Source: Veleropilina oligotropha (taxonomy: Eukaryota). Taken from it: a stretch of DNA of 64,000 nucleotides. Made by a program: the position numbers and the translations under genes. The stretch lies in contig JBEUKZ010000122.1 of assembly GCA_048128005.1 (NCBI GenBank), positions 124,001 through 188,000 on the forward strand, in the 5' to 3' direction. The notes beneath the pieces are model-generated. The model searched no databases. It saw nothing but the letters and a program-made list of their open reading frames with translations, and was not told the origin of the DNA. Within the stretch, counting starts at the first letter, position 1. Each line of letters starts with the position of its first letter. Shown one piece after another: positions 1 through 13,387 of the stretch.

Positions 1-2279
1 CATAGTAATCATTAAATCTGTGTTAAGATTTTGCTTTGTTTCCATATATCTTTTCACTCTAGCATCAGTTCAACTTCAAACTTCACATGTGCAAACCTTA
101 TGAGCTGAAAAAAGTGCATACATATTTTTTTTTAAATAATAATAAATTACAAAAATTATTAAAAAAAAAAATCTTTTTTATATTTCAAGAAGTTTCATGA
201 TTGATTTTCATCATGTCTCTAGCAGTTATTCTGAAATAATTAATTATGCCTTAAAGTATTTAGGATAGAAATAATGGTATTTTTTGAAGAGTTAGTAAAT
301 TTATTTTGTTTATTAGGGCCCCGTCAGGGAGCCCTATAGTGATCACCTTTTCCGTCCGTCCGTCCGTCCTTCCGTCCGTCCGATGCTCATTTGGTTAAGG
401 TTCGGGTTAAACCTTCTGTTAACATAATTTGATATGAATGTATGGTAGGTAATAAATGAACAAGGGAATGTTCCTAAATGCTGTTTTGAGATTAACGAAA
501 GGAATTTCATATGTTTAATTGACATAGGAGAGAATTTAGGTTAAAAAATCTTGGTTAAGCTGTTTGGTTAAACGTTCTATTTGGTATTAATGGTTCACTT
601 TTTCCGTATAGTTTGCTTGATAAAGGCACTTTTTTGTCGCAGGCTTCTTTGAATATTATTATTATGGATAATTCCAGAAACTGGAGTGTTGATATCGAGC
701 GAATTTATTAGAAATTTTCATGGTTAAGGTACCAGGTTAAAGGTTCAACTTGAAGCATTTTTGAAAGTTTTATGGTCAGGTTTGATTTTTGAACAAAGTT
801 AAATGCTTGGTTATCATTTCAAGGAGCACTTTTATTAAAGGTATTTGCAACTGTTACCAAATGAATTTATTTTTTTTAACTTTTAACAGTAAATTTAAAA
901 GAAAATATTTTGGTTAAGGTACCAGGTTAAGGGTTCTCATTGAATCATTTTTGAAAGTTTTTTAGCAGTTTTTACAATGTTAAATGATTGAATATCATTT
1001 CAAGGAGCAGTTTTATTACAGGTAATAAATTGTAATTGTTACCAATTGGATTCATTTTTTAAAATTTTATCGGGAAATTTAAAAGAAAATAGTGTGGTTA
1101 AGATTCCAAGTTTTAGTTTCTAAGCATTTTTGAAAGTTTTATGGCCATGTTTGATATTCTAACAGACTTAAATGTTTGTAATGCATGGTAGCTGTAAATG
1201 TTATCTAATGGATACATTGAAATTTTACATTTCAAATTTTAAATTTATTTTTGAATTTAATTTTAAATTTTAAATTTAATTGTAAATTTAATTGAAAAGA
1301 AAATCGTTATTGATCTTCAATGTCTATCTGTTTCGATCATTTGTCTCTCTGTCAGACTTGCTCTAGGCTTGTAGTTGTTACTGCAGGTACAGTAAGCCGT
1401 GAGACTTAAGGTGACAGGTTGTGGGGCTATATATATTTAATATCATAGCTTCCCTGTTGGCAGTAGCCAATGGGTTCTTGATCATACTAGTATCAAGAGC
1501 AAGCTGTCTCCCATGGCCAATACAAGCTTCATAAAATGGTCAATGTGTGTGGAATCATAAATGTTATTAGGGCCCCGTCAGTGTCCGAGCTCTATAGTGA
1601 TCACCTTTTCCATACGTCCGTCGCACATTTACTTAAGGTCCAGGAACCAAGGTTAAACATTCTGTAAACATAATTAAAGCTCCGTCAGGGAGCCCTGTAG
1701 GGATCACTTTTTTCGTCCGTCGCATATTTGGTTAAGGTCCAGGTTAAAAACCTTTTGTTAACATAATTTGATATGAATGTATGGCAATAAATGAACAAGG
1801 AAATGTTCCTACATGCTGTATTGAGATTAGCGAAAGGACTTTTTTTTCATTTATTAGCTATTTAAATAAAGTTATTAGTATACTTATTAAATTTTGGAGA
1901 TCTGCGAGCATAACTGACGCAACCCGTGTGAATTTGGATATATGAAAAAGCGAAAATTCAAATAATAACTTAATTATCCTTTATTCAAATAACATGTAAA
2001 TACAAAATAGCATGTTATCCTAAATATTATTTTATTTTGAGGTAAATAAACTGCATTTATATTTAATTATCATGGCGTAACCATAATTTAGACAAGATAT
2101 TCTCAAAATAATTTCAACAGTTTCAGCCCAATTTTATACCTGTAATCAAATATTAAGATCAACATTTCAGAAAATTAAACCTTCCATTTGTAATTTTGGC
2201 TCGCATGCAACGCAAATGCGAGTCTATGTAATGAGCATGTCATCCGTCCGTCCGTCCGTCCATATCCGACCGGCGTTAA

Positions 2280-3020
2280 CTTTTTGTTCAAGTTTTTGGT
2301 TAAAGTTTCTCAATCATGCTATATATGCAACCATATGCCATCTTTGGCATTACTGCATGTTATACAACACTATTTCAATGTCTTGCAACTGTATGTTATT
2401 GATATTGAAGGATAATTAATTAAAATATGACCTTAAAATGTGGTTATTGGGCGATAACTTTTTGTTCAAGTTTTTGGTTAAAGTTTCACAATCATGCTAT
2501 AAATGCAATCTCAGGCAATATTTTGTTTTATAAGATGTTTTATAACATTATATCAATATAATGTAACCCTATAGTAGTAACATTGAAGATATTTTATTTA
2601 AAATTTTACCACAAAATGATACATTTGAACTTAGTAATTTTTGTACTAGTTTTTGGTTAAAGTTTCTTAATCATGCTATATATGCAACCATATGCCATCT
2701 TTGACATTACTGCATGTTATACAACACTATTTCAATGTCTTGCAACTGTATTTTAGTGATGTTGAAGGATAATTAATTAAATGACCTTAAAATGTGGTTA
2801 TTGGTCTTAGAAACTTTGTTCAAGTTTTTGGTTAAAGTTTCACAATCGTGCTATAAATGCAATCATAGGCAATATTTTGTTTTATAAGATGTTTTATAAC
2901 ATGATATCAACATAATGTAACCCTATAGTAGTAACATTGAAGATATTTTATTTAAAATTTTACCACAAAATGATACATTTGAACTAAGTAATTTTTGTTC
3001 AAGTTTTTGGTTAAAGCATG
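2280..3020. repeat. ~180-bp tandem repeats arranged as alternating A/B units
   Basis: Recurrent tttttggttaaagtttc..aatcatgctata at ~180-bp spacing; the 1st/3rd and 2nd/4th units are near-identical. Confidence 0.8.
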
Positions 3021-3653
3021 CTATATCTGCAAATGCAGGCTTACTTTGACATCAGTGTATATTGGATATGACAATTTCAGTATTGTTTTATCCTACAGAG
3101 TAATTAATGCTGAATATAATTTATTTAAATTTAAATTTTGCAACTTTTTTTGATAAATTTAGCAAGCATCTGATTAAGGTTTCTGAATCTTGCTATGTAT
3201 AGAACCATGCATTCATTATCATATACAGTTTAAGATAAGAATATTTTCATTTATTTATGCATTATTGTTGTGCAAATTTATTTCTTTTGTTTACTTATAT
3301 AAATATTATGTGTGTACGATGAAAGGGACATGTGCTTATCTGTAAGACTTGCTCACTGCCAATAGGCACAGTAAGCTGTTAAGCTTAATGGTCATTCTGT
3401 GAAGCTTGTATTATCAAAATCAGATGGATTGAATGGATTTTGATAACTGGCTTCCCTATTGGTTTATTTCATGGGTATCTTGAAATGGCAGTATATATTA
3501 CCATTACAAGAACAGACTGTATCCAGTGTCTAATATCACTCTCTTCAACTGATCAGGGTTCAAAATATTGTGTGATATGCACATTAGTTATGATCAAGAT
3601 CAAGCTGTATTCCATGGTTATTTATTTTATACACACCATGAGTTTCATATTTG

Positions 3654-4228
3654 AACAAGAACGACGCATTCGGATTATGTCTTGACCTTTGTCTGCCTGG
3701 ACCGTCTGTTGTTATATTAGTGTACGTTAAAGGTTCTTATACAATCTAACATATTCATACGATGTATTTACTTCCAACTCATGATTTTCTGGCAGATGAT
3801 AATTTAATTATGTCTTCAATAATTATGAAGTCATAATTTAGTCACACTAAAATGACGTCATAGACGTCATAACTTGGCTTAGGCCAAGTTACCATGGCAA
3901 TTATGCATAAAAATGCCTATAAAAACGATATTTTAACAAATTTTGTAATGAAAGTTATATACACGACCTACAAATTACCTTGGGAATGCGTATGCCAATT
4001 TTCAGGATAATTGGTTCAGTAGTTTTCGAGAAAATCAGCGGATATATATATACGAATACCTGGTTGGCAGTTGTGTAAGTCAGGGCGCTACCCGCATGTA
4101 AATGACTGTAATGCTCCCAGAGGGAGTTGAGATTGCATAACGAGTGGAACAGGCCCATAACCAGGGGTAATAATGTTCAGCGCATTGAGACACTAGCGTA
4201 ATAATGCGCTATATAAGACCGGAGTATT

Positions 4229-4260
<32 letters not shown>

Positions 4261-4333
4261 TAAGTATGTATATACACACGGACCATTTGATAATGTCTTG
4301 TCCTTTTTTGTCAAAAAGGTCAAGACATAAAAA
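3654..4333. mobile_element. Helentron-type non-autonomous element (family copy 1) interrupted by a SINE/L2-type 3' tail
   Basis: AACAAG start, subterminal IR atgtcttgacc/ggtcaagacat, 3' hairpin; the same family recurs at 58894-60739. The insert at ~4053-4243 ends in gcgctatataa...(TAT)n. Confidence 0.65.
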
Positions 4334-4339
4334 TAGGCC

Positions 4340-5072
4340 TCCTTAGTGTCATTTCTTCATTGTTCCAGTGAACAACCCAAGCAATGAGTTAACTCTGGTC
4401 GCTGGCCAGTGACAAAGGATTTGACAAGTTGCTAATGGAAGAATCGACTCTCATATCACACTCTTGAGCATGTTATGGTGGGCAATCCTATGTTTTAAGC
4501 AGTTACAGCGTGCAATTTACAATAGATTTTCATAATGTGTATAACAGATAATATACTGACACCCCTCTGCGATATCCACATGTATAAAGCCTCTCTCTGA
4601 CGCTAGAGGCTTTATGTTAGATATCCCTCGTGCTGGCATGGTGTATTATATATTACTTATATCAATATGAATGTGTATGTTATTTTAATAGATTAATCCC
4701 CAATCTTCCTTGTGCCTATATTTGGATATATTTGCATAAACTATCTATTGGGGTAAATGTTCTTTCGGCAAAGTTGCACAATACAACAAAGTGTCGCCTC
4801 CCCCATTGCTGATGAGAAGTGTGCTTTTTTCGGAACCCCTAATAAATTTGACATCATTTCCAGGATTCCCTAGCGGTTTTGCCGGCGCGTTTGAAAATAA
4901 TCGAACACAGCGATTTTTTTGGCCGCGCGGGTAGCACCCGCGTGGTTACCCACTATATAGGAAATGTACTTGCTTGAAATTGTGCGGTTTGCCGCCTGCC
5001 CCACGTTAATGGAAAAAGGCCCTTAACTCATTGTTTGGGTTGTTAACGAACAACGGAGAAACTGACACTATG
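4340..5072. mobile_element. Element bounded by ~50-bp imperfect inverted repeats (MITE-like)
   Basis: cttagtgtcatttct...aacaacccaagcaatgagttaa is the reverse complement of ttaactcattgtttgggttgtt...agaaactgacactatg. Confidence 0.5.
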
Positions 5073-6299
5073 AAACTCATGGTGTGTATTTAGCATTCCC
5101 TTCAAGAGCAAGCTGTATCTCATGGTCAGTGTATGCTTTTGCAATATTCACAATTGCAGCTGATTTAACTGTTTTTAATGTATTTTTATCGCTAGAGTTC
5201 ACATGATTAAGGGATTGCACCGCTTAAGGCCTTCACATATGTGATTATAGCGCTGTTTCATGCGAGCCCTTTCGAGCTTTTGCTCTTGTTCTATTTATTA
5301 GCAATTTAAATAAAGTTATAATTATACTTATTAACTTATAGAGATATGCAGCAAGCATAACTGACGCAACATATCAGTGTAACTGACGCAACCAGTGTGA
5401 ATATGTATATATGAAAAAGCAAAAATTCAAATAACTTAATTATCCTTTATTGAAATAACTTGTAAAGACAAAATAGCATGTTCTCATGAATATTATTTCA
5501 TTTTACGGTAAATAAACTGCCTTTATATTGAAATATGGCATTACCCTAAATTAGAGAAGATATTCTCAAAATAATTTCAACCAAATTTTATACCCTAAAT
5601 CAAATATTAAAGTCTTGGTTTAGGTGTTTGGTTAAAGCTTACATTTTGTATTAAATAGTTAATTTTTTCAGGTACATCAAGGTGAGAGAGGTAACAGTTT
5701 GTGACACAATATCATCATGTATAGCTTTTCTGTTGGAAATATCCAGTGCATAATGATTTTGGAGTATCAACAGCATAAGCTTCATCAAATGGTCAATGTA
5801 AATTTATCTTCTATTTTTGCATATATATCAATTATTGGTCACGTGTGAATGCTTATCGAGTTATATTGGTGGAGCGGGGCCCACTGTGATGGCACCCCAT
5901 CACTTGTTATCTAGTTATGAATAGCTGTGCCGAGGTGGTCTTTCCTGCTGTCGCTTCGTGTGAATGCGTAATGGCAATATTCACGTGTGAACAATTTTTT
6001 TGTATGAAGTTGTTGGTGCCGATATAATGAACTAAAGCATCTATATGACTTGTAGCAAGAAAATATCGTGAGCTCCACCATCGATAAGTACAAATGAATT
6101 GTCTGTATTTGTTCTTTGGGAACATAATGATGACGAGTTACGTGACGACATAATCCAAAGGTAGATGTGACGTCATGGATTCAAGATGGAACCCAGGACA
6201 ATAAATGTCGGTTAGTGCGCGACACCGCATTTGGTCTATCCGGAGACTAAAAGATAGGGCAAAAATTTATCATAGGTTTACTTTTTATTTAAAGCTCCA

Positions 6300-6500
6300 T
6301 ATCTGGTCTCGATGATAGCTCAACTGGTAGAGGGTCTGAAAAACATTAAGTGGGATGGTAGGATGTAGATTCAAATCCCCACTCCGGCGAGGCTAATTCT
6401 AACGCTTAAAACTAAGAGAAGCATCGAGGCATATCCCTAATGTATATCGTTTGGATCAGAGTGAGACGTTCAACCGGGTGTCCCGCCTGCGATAAGGCTG
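6300..6500 (+). mobile_element. Degenerate tRNA-derived SINE
   Basis: A-box-like atagctcaactggtagag and B-box-like gattcaaatccc followed by a non-tRNA body. Confidence 0.45.
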
Positions 6501-6687
6501 AAAAATTGCCAAAAAAGTTGTCGTAAAATAAATATACGTACCTACCTACCCTACCATATCAGGCATTATTGTTTTGCATTGTTAAATGAAGTCTGTTAGT
6601 TTATGATTTGTGGTACATATATGTGTTATAAATAACTAATTAATGCTTGCATAAATGTGTTTGGCTAAATGTTTTCAGTCTTTGCAG

Positions 6688-6780
6688 GCATCCACATTTC
6701 AAATGGCTGTTTTACTCCAGTACAACACATCAGAAATGCTGACAATTCAACAGTTGCAAGATAGCACGTTGATAAAATGG
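6688..6780 (+). CDS. CUL1: Cullin-1 internal coding exon ([31 protein letters not shown])
   Basis: tttgcag| acceptor and |gtacgg donor; 93 nt, phase 0/0; translation closely matches the cullin-homology region of human CUL1 (ASTFQMAILLQYN...DSTQIKM). Upstream exons were not found in the window. Confidence 0.95.
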
Positions 6781-7420
6781 GTACGGCATGCACATATAAT
6801 GTTTGCTCATGAATAGTTAATTAGCACATCGGACACTCAACATGATTGATAGGTGACCATGGGCAAGGGTTCGAGTCCAGGTTGTGGATCGTAAAACAAG
6901 TTACCTTGCTGTGCTTTATATTATGTATTTGGAATTAGGACCATTTTGCGCTGATTCTAAAATGTAACCAGACCAATGGAGTTACTATGGACATGGATCA
7001 CAGATAAGTGACTAAAATTGAAGATTATCACTACTGATGATATGATTATTGAAATCTAGGAAACCTTTTTGAACTGTAATTATATCAAGAAGCTAATAAA
7101 ACTGGTTTCGATCCCAGGTGTGCAGGCGGCCCCTCCAATATTTGCTGTCAGTTTCCTTAACAGATTGCGTCAATTCACTTTTGACTCATCATTTCAACTT
7201 GGCATTGATTGACCTGTTAAAATATTGTGCAATCATGTATGAACGACTCATCCATCTTCATTCAATATCCCGTGCAACAACGAAGTCGTCTGGGGATATA
7301 GAAGCGAGTTCCAACCGTGCGCCTCTGTGTTCGATTTATGGCGGATATCAATAACTATGTAATCTTCTTTTATATTTATCTGTATGCATGTTTCCTGAAC
7401 TGTCTGATTTTTCTCTGCAG

Positions 7421-7536
7421 GATATACTAACACAAGTGCTACAGATTCTTCTCAAGTCCAAGCTCCTGGTAACCGACGACGACGAAGCCGATTTATGCCA
7501 GTCATCGCAATTATCGCTCTTTACTGGATATAAATA
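7421..7536 (+). CDS. CUL1: Cullin-1 coding exon (DILTQVLQILLKSKLLVTDDDEADLCQSSQLSLFTGYK)
   Basis: ttctctgcag| acceptor, |gtaaga donor; 116 nt ending in phase 2 (TA); matches CUL1 DILAQVLQILLKSKLL...GYK. Confidence 0.95.
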
Positions 7537-7981
7537 GTAAGATGTTGCATGTGAAAATATTATTTCAGCCGTGCTGATTATGCAATTGTTATTTTTAAAA
7601 TTCTCCTTTCGAAAGAAAATGTTTCACATTTCTTTTCTTTTATTTGTTGTTCTTTAGAAATGACCCGGAGGAAAATTTGATATGCGACTTCGCTGTGGAG
7701 CTGCAATATACAAGGTCATGCTGACAACGTTAACAAATAATGAGAAGTGGGATATGAAGACTTACCAGATTTATCAGTCGTGGTACTCCATAATCAGAAG
7801 AGACCCTTAGGTTTCACTTCATTCTCTTTACGTCCCTCTACGATAATATTAACAAATCGCAAAATGATTCTAGATGCATGATAAACAGGACAAACAAGAC
7901 CTTCAAATTCAAGTCATATCTAGACCACTCTGTGCTGCTTTCTGTTGTAGATTAATCTGTTTGTTCATATATTATTTGTAG

Positions 7982-8087
7982 TAAGAAACTGAGGGTGAAC
8001 ATAAACGTGCCTATGAAAACAGAGGTAAAAGTGGAGCAAGAGGCCACACACAAACATATAGAGGAGGACCGGAAGTTACTTATTCAG
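7982..8087 (+). CDS. CUL1: Cullin-1 coding exon ((Y)[35 protein letters not shown])
   Basis: tttgtag| acceptor, |gtatta donor; 106 nt, completes the TA+T codon; matches CUL1 [14 protein letters not shown]...[10 protein letters not shown]. Confidence 0.96.
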
Positions 8088-8149
8088 GTATTAATGCACG
8101 CGAACAATTTGGCATAATTTATAGATAAATTATGCATGTCCTCATACGT

Positions 8150-9230
8150 CATCCAGCTATGTGGTGTTACGTCGGCGTGTATACAAGTTGCCTGTGAAGT
8201 CTTGTGATAATTGGTCTATTAGTAAACAACTAAAAACACAAAGTAAGAAGGGGGATACTAGTCTCAGGCTAGATCCAAACAGTTTAGACCGACGGGTATT
8301 AGTGTATGGAGCTGAAAAATCCAGTAATGTTCTCGCGCGTTCCTAAGTGTTTGGAACGGGAGTGGTCTGGGTCGCCAGATATGAAGTCGATTATCTCGAA
8401 TTGCATATGTTTGAACGTGTGGTTCGGTTTGTTGAAATGTACACCCGTGGGTTCGTCCTTGTTGAGCCGGGCATAGCGTAGGTTTTCGCTTAGGCGGTGT
8501 TTGAATTGTCTCTTGGTTTGACCCATGTATTGGGCTTTGCATAGTTTTCAAGTGATGAGGTAAATGATGTTTTGTGATAAGCAATCTCCCGCCGATTTTT
8601 TGCGGTAGGATTTTTTGGTATGTGAGCAGTGGAAGTGTCTGGCCTGTGAGATCCAGATGCATTTTCTGCAGTTTGGATTGTTACACTCGTGTGGGGTGGA
8701 AGTGGGGTTGACGTTTGACCTGGGTCTTGGGTGTTGTGCCCGGACCAGAATGTCACTAAGGTTGGTATTATGCCGAAACACGATGAGTGACCGGCTATCC
8801 CGACCGGCTATTACGACCGGCTATTTTCAGAACCGGCTATTTCGGACCGGCTATTTCAACCGGCTATTTCGACCGGCTATTACGACCGGCTATTACGACC
8901 AGCTATTCCGACCGGCTATTCTATATACCCACAACGGCTAACACCACGGCTAATACCAAACTGCTATTACACAATCACCATGACGACACGTGACACCAAC
9001 AAGCGAAAGTATAAAAGGCTGAGCACATTCGGAACCAATGACACCCCTCTGATGAAGACCCACACATGGGTTGAAACCGGTCAGGGAATAAATACCACTG
9101 GTGCACCCTCTAATGCAATCCAGCAGTCCTTCACTTCAAATAACTAAAAACACACTTCGTAATTGGATTTCTGTTGTTTTAACTATGTGGCAACCAATCA
9201 TGTCGATGTGGTCTGATCAGTTTCCAAATC
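8150..9230. mobile_element. Penelope-like retroelement fragment: minus-strand GIY-YIG endonuclease remnant joined to an inverted plus-strand 3' end
   Basis: Minus-strand frames give CNNPNCRKC...IIYLIT...YMGQTKRQFKHRLSE...GVHFNKPNH (PLE Zn-finger/GIY-YIG); plus strand carries (ccggctatt)-type repeats at 8790-8960 and a hammerhead at 9045-9086. Confidence 0.85.
9045..9086 (+). ncRNA. Minimal type I hammerhead ribozyme (Penelope-type)
   Basis: CCCT-CTGATGA-A-GACCCA(caca)TGGGTT-GAAA-CCGG-TC-AGGG: intact core, stem I CCCT/AGGG, 6-bp stem II, palindromic ACCGGT stem III, GUC cleavage triplet ending at 9082. Confidence 0.88.
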
Positions 9231-9257
9231 AGAATTGAGGTCGTCCCCGCCTGTCGC

Positions 9258-9363
9258 CTTTTATAGTGGCATCCAGGCCTTTAAATCATTGTTCCGATTA
9301 CAGTATCCCTTTTATAGTGGCATCCAGGCCTTTAAATCATTGTTCCGATTACAGTATCCCTTT
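9258..9363. repeat. 51-bp perfect tandem duplication
   Basis: cttttatagtggcatccaggcctttaaatcattgttccgattacagtatcc occurs twice in a row. Confidence 0.9.
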
Positions 9364-9584
9364 AAAATTGTTAAAATGTGGTCATACATATAATTTATAT
9401 CAAATAAATAGTCACGTTTTCGATTCTGTAAATTTATATTATCATTGATGTTTTCAATGTGTTTCAAGATGTCTTTGTTCACAGTTATTGAGTACTGAAT
9501 TCATGTCGGCGTAGTCTGTACAATGTCTATTAAAGCTATTGTAGTGTCAGATCAAAGGGTTAAGCAATAATTTTGTCTTCGTAG

Positions 9585-11560
<1,976 letters not shown>

Positions 11561-11627
11561 TAAAGTAGTAGATAAAATACAGTTTGATGCAATGATAGCC
11601 ACCAAAATCAAAGTAGACATACTTTAA

Positions 11628-13198
11628 GGGTAGGCGCGGGTCGACAAATACTATTTTTGCATGAAGATATCACTTTTGAGTTTTTGTCATTTTCGGCAAT
11701 GTTAAATACTACTTTACAATATAGAAATACCTGTTTAATCGAAATTTGTCGAAAATATGTTCATTTTGATAGTTTGCTATAGCAACGATCGCTTTATTTT
11801 GTCAATTTTTGTACAAAAACATCAAATATACGTCAACTTTCAGCGTACAGAGCTTCAGGAATCCATTATGCCACGTCGCCATCTTGGTACTATAATAAAC
11901 AGAATTTCTCCTTCTGTAGCCTCGTTCTGAGTATTTTATTTAGTTCTCTTTAGTTCTGTAGTTGTATTGAAATAAAACGCAACAGAATCGACCTAGTTTC
12001 TTTTTAAATATAGTTTGTATTGGGATTCCGAGGAAACCCGCTTCATGATTGGTCAAATCTCATCACATGTAATCTCGCGCATGCGCAAAGTGTGTTTTTC
12101 ACCAGCCATGTGTGTTCTGGAAGTTTCGATTAAACTGTGAGTAAATCGTTATAAATTGGGTATTAAAATGTAGATCACGCATTATTTTTGCTAATTATCG
12201 TTGTTAACATGTCTAATCATTACAAAGAGAGAATATTTAATGGAAAACGCAAGCGTACGGGTGAAAGTAGAGGCAGGAAGCAGGTCGTTTCTGACATCGT
12301 GGACGCGGTTGTTGATACTTCAAACATTTCGAATGCATCGTGAATAACGTTCCAAATGAAACAGTTTCAAATGAAATCGTTTTGAATCAAAATGATAAAG
12401 CAACCCAGACTTATGTTTGGATGTACAGAAATATAGTTGCGCGTACTGTAAATATTGACTCCATTTCTAAAAGTAAAATTGGTTATTTTAAATTCAAAGG
12501 GAGGTTACTAAGGTGGATGTACATACGGAGGAAGACATGTTGCCAGACGATAATTCCGATGGAATAATTAATATTTCATGACTAAATGAAGCTGTTTCTG
12601 ACCTGTTATGTCCAACTTGTAAAAAAACAGAATAAAATTTAAATTTGGAAGATCAATTGGGTTGTCAACTTCTTTGAGATTGACGTGTAATGCCTGCAAT
12701 GAATACCATCACGAATATCTCAGTTTGCCATTTTGATTTAATCGTTCGCCAAAACCGCTTGAGGGATGAGGTTGAAACTTTCCAGTATTCTAAAGTAACC
12801 CATTTTACACTGAATTAGCTATGTATCATCGCTATATGACATTTGGTTACGGATTTTTGGATACCCAAATATGGTAGGTCATGTGACCAAAAATGTGTAT
12901 GCACATAATATACCGAAAAACAATAATAAAACGATATATATTGCTATTTTCAACATTTATTTCAATATAAATAGTGTATTACTACATGATACAACTCATT
13001 TTGGGGTTATATTAATAAAGACGAGAACAAACGATTTTATTGAAAATTGCATGTCACCCAAAATGGAGTTTTGGGCGGGAACCATGGCAACCATGAAGCT
13101 ATGGCTAAGCATTTATGCATACTGTCCAAATTTCATGATGATATCTTATTTAGTTCCTGAGATACAGCATACTGTCATTTTTCGACCAGCCCCTACCC
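11628..13198 (+). mobile_element. Internally deleted Kolobok-type DNA transposon
   Basis: TTAA on both flanks; TIR gggtaggcgcgggtcga / tcgaccagcccctaccc; decayed LLCPTCKK...GLSTSLRLTCNAC zinc-ribbon coding remnant near 12590-12700. Confidence 0.8.
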
Positions 13199-13387
13199 TT
13201 AAATACAGAGTAAATATAATGGATGGAGTAAAATCACATTAGTACACGCAACGCTAGTCACCAATATACAGTGGCAATAGAACTGTATAAAATAACCAAT
13301 CAGTGATATAATCTTGCACAAATAAATTGTACATATGATGTTATTTGTACAAATGTTATAGATTGACTGATTATAATTTGAGTGGTA

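Larger units (their letters stand above)
310..5908. mobile_element. Composite of Helentron/DINE-1-type non-autonomous elements with internal ~180-190 bp tandem repeats and nested insertions
   Basis: Starts attagggccccgtc followed by a (CCGT)n microsatellite; ends gagcggggccc-hairpin-cttgtt (subterminal IR gggcccc/ggggccc). A nested element of similar build lies at ~2195-5290 (ggctcgcatg ... catgcgagcc ... cttgtt). Family assignment is by architecture only. Confidence 0.55.

Noticed and set aside
6300..7360. tRNA genes
   Set aside because: Only A/B-box-like fragments without a cloverleaf; better explained as SINE heads.
7658..7714. Possible poison cassette exon in a CUL1 intron (ctttag|...AAG|gtcatg would create TAA)
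   Set aside because: Weak donor and no independent support; needs RNA-seq.
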